From the NCBI GenBank assembly GCA_002478275.1, contig DLMY01000016.1, forward strand, positions 1 to 64,000: DNA of 64,000 nucleotides. The letters are read 5' to 3'. The notes beneath the pieces were generated by a model. That model did not search any database. It saw only the letters and a program-made list of their open reading frames with translations, and was not told the origin of the DNA. How positions within the stretch are numbered: the first letter of the stretch is position 1; each line of letters begins with the position of its first letter. Positions 61,189 through 64,000 of this stretch are shown here, piece after piece. The stretch comes from Actinobacteria bacterium UBA7524. Lineage in GTDB: Bacteria; Actinomycetota; Coriobacteriia; Anaerosomatales; UBA912. Position numbers and translations under genes: made by a program.

Positions 61189-61930
61189 GATCTCAGCCCA
61201 GGCGGGTGGATCACAGGAAGTGATCGCGATCGTCGTCGCCGGTGGCACGGGTGATCGGTCCGGGCTTGCCGGCGGCAAGCAGATGGTCCCGTTGGGCGGC
61301 CGCCCCATGCTGTCTCACGCGATCTCCGCGCTGGATGCCGCCGAGCTCATTGACCTTATCGTCGTCGCTTGTCATCCCGAGAGAGTGGAAGAGTATCGTG
61401 AGTCCGCGGTCGAGCCCTGGGTCTTCCTGACTGGCACGAAAGTGGTGCCCGGAGGCGATGAGAGACAGGACTCTGTCCGTTTCGGGCTGGAAGCGGCTCT
61501 TGAATCCTCGTCGCCGGAGATCGTGGTGGTGCACGACGGGGCGCGCCCGCTCGTGACGGCGGAGACGATCGATTCCGCAGTGGCCGTGCTTCGGGATGAT
61601 CCGGGTGCGGCAGGCGTAGTCGTTGGCCATCCGGCCTATGACACCCTGAAGCTCGTCGAAGCCGACCGGGTGGTCGAGACGCCGGAGCGCGAGAGGTTCT
61701 GGGTCGCACAGACGCCCCAGGTATTCAGGACTTCATGGCTGGTAGACGCACATGAACGTGCGCTCGCAGAGGGTTTTCGGGGCACCGATGACGCCTCTTT
61801 GGTCGAGCGGATCGGGGGTCTCGTCAGAATGCATCTGGGGCCGCGCGAGAACTTGAAAGTGACTGTTTCCGAGGATTTCCTCATGGCCGAGGCGATACTG
61901 CGCGAACGGAGTCGGCGAGATGGAGTATGA
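61178..61930 (+). CDS. ispD: 2-C-methyl-D-erythritol 4-phosphate cytidylyltransferase
   Basis: AGGTG.R, GG.ERQDSV, VHDGARP, QTPQ, TDDA. Confidence 0.94.
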   Translation: MKTEISAQAGGSQEVIAIVVAGGTGDRSGLAGGKQMVPLGGRPMLSHAISALDAAELIDLIVVACHPERVEEYRESAVEPWVFLTGTKVVPGGDERQDSVRFGLEAALESSSPEIVVVHDGARPLVTAETIDSAVAVLRDDPGAAGVVVGHPAYDTLKLVEADRVVETPERERFWVAQTPQVFRTSWLVDAHERALAEGFRGTDDASLVERIGGLVRMHLGPRENLKVTVSEDFLMAEAILRERSRRDGV

Positions 61931-62423
61931 GCTGCGGATAGGACTCGGGTTGGACGTACACGCCTTCGTCGAGAACCGCCCACTGATCCTTGGTGGCGTG
62001 CAGATACCTCATGACCGTGGTCTCGCAGGACACTCCGATGCGGATGTCCTGACCCATGCACTCATGGACGCGATCCTCGGTGCGATGAGGGCGGGCGACA
62101 TCGGGCAGCACTTCCCAGACACCGACCCGTCGCTCGCCGGGGTATCCAGCATGCTTCTTCTGGGCCGCACGTGCGACCTGATGCACGAGGCTGGCTGGGA
62201 ACTCGTCGACGCCGACTGTGTGCTTGCGCTTGAGACACCCAAGATCGGTCCATACCGTGATCGTATGCGGCACGAGATCGCAGGAAAGCTCCAGGTGCAG
62301 GTCGAGCACGTCGGCCTCAAGGCCACTACCACCGAAGGACTGGGCTTCGCAGGCCGTGGAGAAGGAGTCCAAGCGCAGGCGGTCGTCTTGTTACGGAGAA
62401 GGTCGACACAGGCTGGTGCTTGA
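61920..62423 (+). CDS. ispF: 2-C-methyl-D-erythritol 2,4-cyclodiphosphate synthase
   Basis: G.DVH, GHSDADV, GDIG.HFPD, KATTTE.LGF. Confidence 0.96.
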   Translation: MEYELRIGLGLDVHAFVENRPLILGGVQIPHDRGLAGHSDADVLTHALMDAILGAMRAGDIGQHFPDTDPSLAGVSSMLLLGRTCDLMHEAGWELVDADCVLALETPKIGPYRDRMRHEIAGKLQVQVEHVGLKATTTEGLGFAGRGEGVQAQAVVLLRRRSTQAGA

Positions 62424-62510
62424 GCCGAAGGCCCTCTGTCGGCGAAGATGGACGTTATACGTGCACGACTGATTGCCGGGCCCCTACAGATACCCGCCGA
62501 GGAACCCTCT

Positions 62511-63242
62511 ATGCTCCATCGGATCCAGGATGACATCAGAGCCGTCAAGGACCGCGATCCCGCGGCTACCTCGACGTTGTCCGTGCTGTTGAATTACCCG
62601 GGTCTACACGCCCTGTGGTGGCACCGCATCAATCATTGGCTGTGGAAGCACGGCAGGCGCGGCCTGGCCAGGTGGCAGTCTCAGCAGATTCGCTTCTTCA
62701 CAGGTATCGAGATCCATCCGGGGGCTACCATCGGCGAGAGGTTCTTCATCGATCACGGCATGGGCGTCGTCATCGGTGAAACCACGATCATCGGCGACGA
62801 TGTCACGCTCTACCAAGGAGTCACCCTCGGCGGCACAGGGAACGAGACCGGTAAGCGGCACCCGACCCTGCAGGACTGCGTCGTCGTGGGAGTGGGAGCG
62901 GCGGTACTGGGAGACATCACCATCGGACGCGGCAGCCGTGTGGGTGGCGGCGCGGTCGTCGTCAACGATGTTCCGCCCAATTGCACGGTGGTGGGTATCC
63001 CTGGCCGCGTCGTCGTCCGGGAGGGGAGCAGGATCGACGCCATCGACCTGCATCACGAGGACCTGCCCGATCCTGTGGTCGAGATGTTCCGCTGTCTGCA
63101 GCGCCGTCTGGACAGATTGGAGCAGGTTGTCTCGGATGAAGCGGCTGAGGCGGATGAGGCGGCCGAGACGAAGCACCCGGATGGCGGCCTGGCACCACAC
63201 GCACCTGTATCAGACATACATACCGAATCGTGCGACCTGTGA
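62511..63242 (+). CDS. cysE: Serine O-acetyltransferase
   Basis: [36 protein letters not shown]. Confidence 0.94.
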   Translation: MLHRIQDDIRAVKDRDPAATSTLSVLLNYPGLHALWWHRINHWLWKHGRRGLARWQSQQIRFFTGIEIHPGATIGERFFIDHGMGVVIGETTIIGDDVTLYQGVTLGGTGNETGKRHPTLQDCVVVGVGAAVLGDITIGRGSRVGGGAVVVNDVPPNCTVVGIPGRVVVREGSRIDAIDLHHEDLPDPVVEMFRCLQRRLDRLEQVVSDEAAEADEAAETKHPDGGLAPHAPVSDIHTESCDL

Positions 63243-63282
63243 TAGAGCCGGTCGCGTTCTCGGGGAATCGAGGGCATCAGGC

Positions 63283-64000
63283 ATGACGCTTCGGGTCTAC
63301 AACACGCTCACCCGCTCGAAAGAGGAGTTCGTACCGCGTGAGGCAGGTAAGGTCTCGATGTATGTGTGCGGACCTACCGTGTACAACCATATCCATATCG
63401 GCAACGCCAGGACGTTCCTTTCCTTTGACGTCATCCGCAGATATCTCGAGTTCCGCGGTTTCGAGGTGACGTTCGTCCAGAACATCACCGACGTCGATGA
63501 CAAGATCATCGCGCGCGCGAACGAGGAAGGCCGGTCAGCGTCCGAGGTCGCTCTCGAATACACTACGGCATTCCAGGATGCGATGCGCGACCTGGGAGTC
63601 CGGCCCCCTACGGTCGCCCCAAAGGCTACCGAGACGATTCCCGAGATGATAGGGATGGTCGAACGACTCATCGAGTCTGGCCACGCCTACGAGGTAGATG
63701 GTGACGTCTACTTCGCAGTTCGTTCGTTTCCTGGGTACGGTCGTCTGTCTGGCCGCGACATCGAGGAAATGAATGCAGGCTCAAGGGTTGACGTCGACGA
63801 GCGCAAGAGGGACCCTCTGGACTTCGCTCTGTGGAAGTCGGCCAAGCCGGGGGAGCCTCACTGGACGTCGCCCTGGGGGGAGGGACGACCGGGCTGGCAC
63901 CTCGAGTGCTCGGTGATGTCCGAGAAGGAACTCGGGACATCCTTCGACATCCATGGTGGTGCCAGCGACCTCATCTTTCCTCATCACGAGAACGAGATCG
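63283..64000 (+). CDS. cysS: Cysteine--tRNA ligase (5' part, runs off window)
   Basis: [56 protein letters not shown]. Confidence 0.96.
   Translation, partial: MTLRVYNTLTRSKEEFVPREAGKVSMYVCGPTVYNHIHIGNARTFLSFDVIRRYLEFRGFEVTFVQNITDVDDKIIARANEEGRSASEVALEYTTAFQDAMRDLGVRPPTVAPKATETIPEMIGMVERLIESGHAYEVDGDVYFAVRSFPGYGRLSGRDIEEMNAGSRVDVDERKRDPLDFALWKSAKPGEPHWTSPWGEGRPGWHLECSVMSEKELGTSFDIHGGASDLIFPHHENEI

Overview
High-GC, Gram-positive anaerobe DNA, most likely Coriobacteriia-like Actinomycetota (inferred from the actinobacterial-type ClpC, CWB2 surface protein and multiheme cytochromes). It contains three scaffold gaps. Left part: a regulated respiratory locus with a promoter, a Rex-like operator, a P3-less Moco/Tuco-type riboswitch and an attenuator. 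These precede a Tat-exported selenocysteine formate dehydrogenase (alpha and beta subunits) followed directly by an OmcS/CwcA-like hexaheme cytochrome instead of a quinone-reactive subunit. Next come a membrane protein, a lipoprotein, a CWB2-anchored repeat surface protein and a ~14-heme cytochrome with an inserted FG-GAP propeller. Middle: a Dif-like chemosensory operon ending in a diguanylate cyclase, cell-wall enzymes, pilT, a B12 radical SAM enzyme and an ECF sigma/anti-sigma pair. It also holds a minus-strand operon (ferredoxin, a hidden ArsD/YuzD-like selenoprotein, DUF362) under a CsoR-type operator, an orphan MCP, a ~24-heme NapC-type cytochrome and tRNA-Pro. Right part: housekeeping genes (mtnP, rex, tatA, greA, lysS, clpC, radA, disA, PIN/TRAM, ispD, ispF, cysE, partial cysS). 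All family assignments come from motif recognition by eye; no searches were run.
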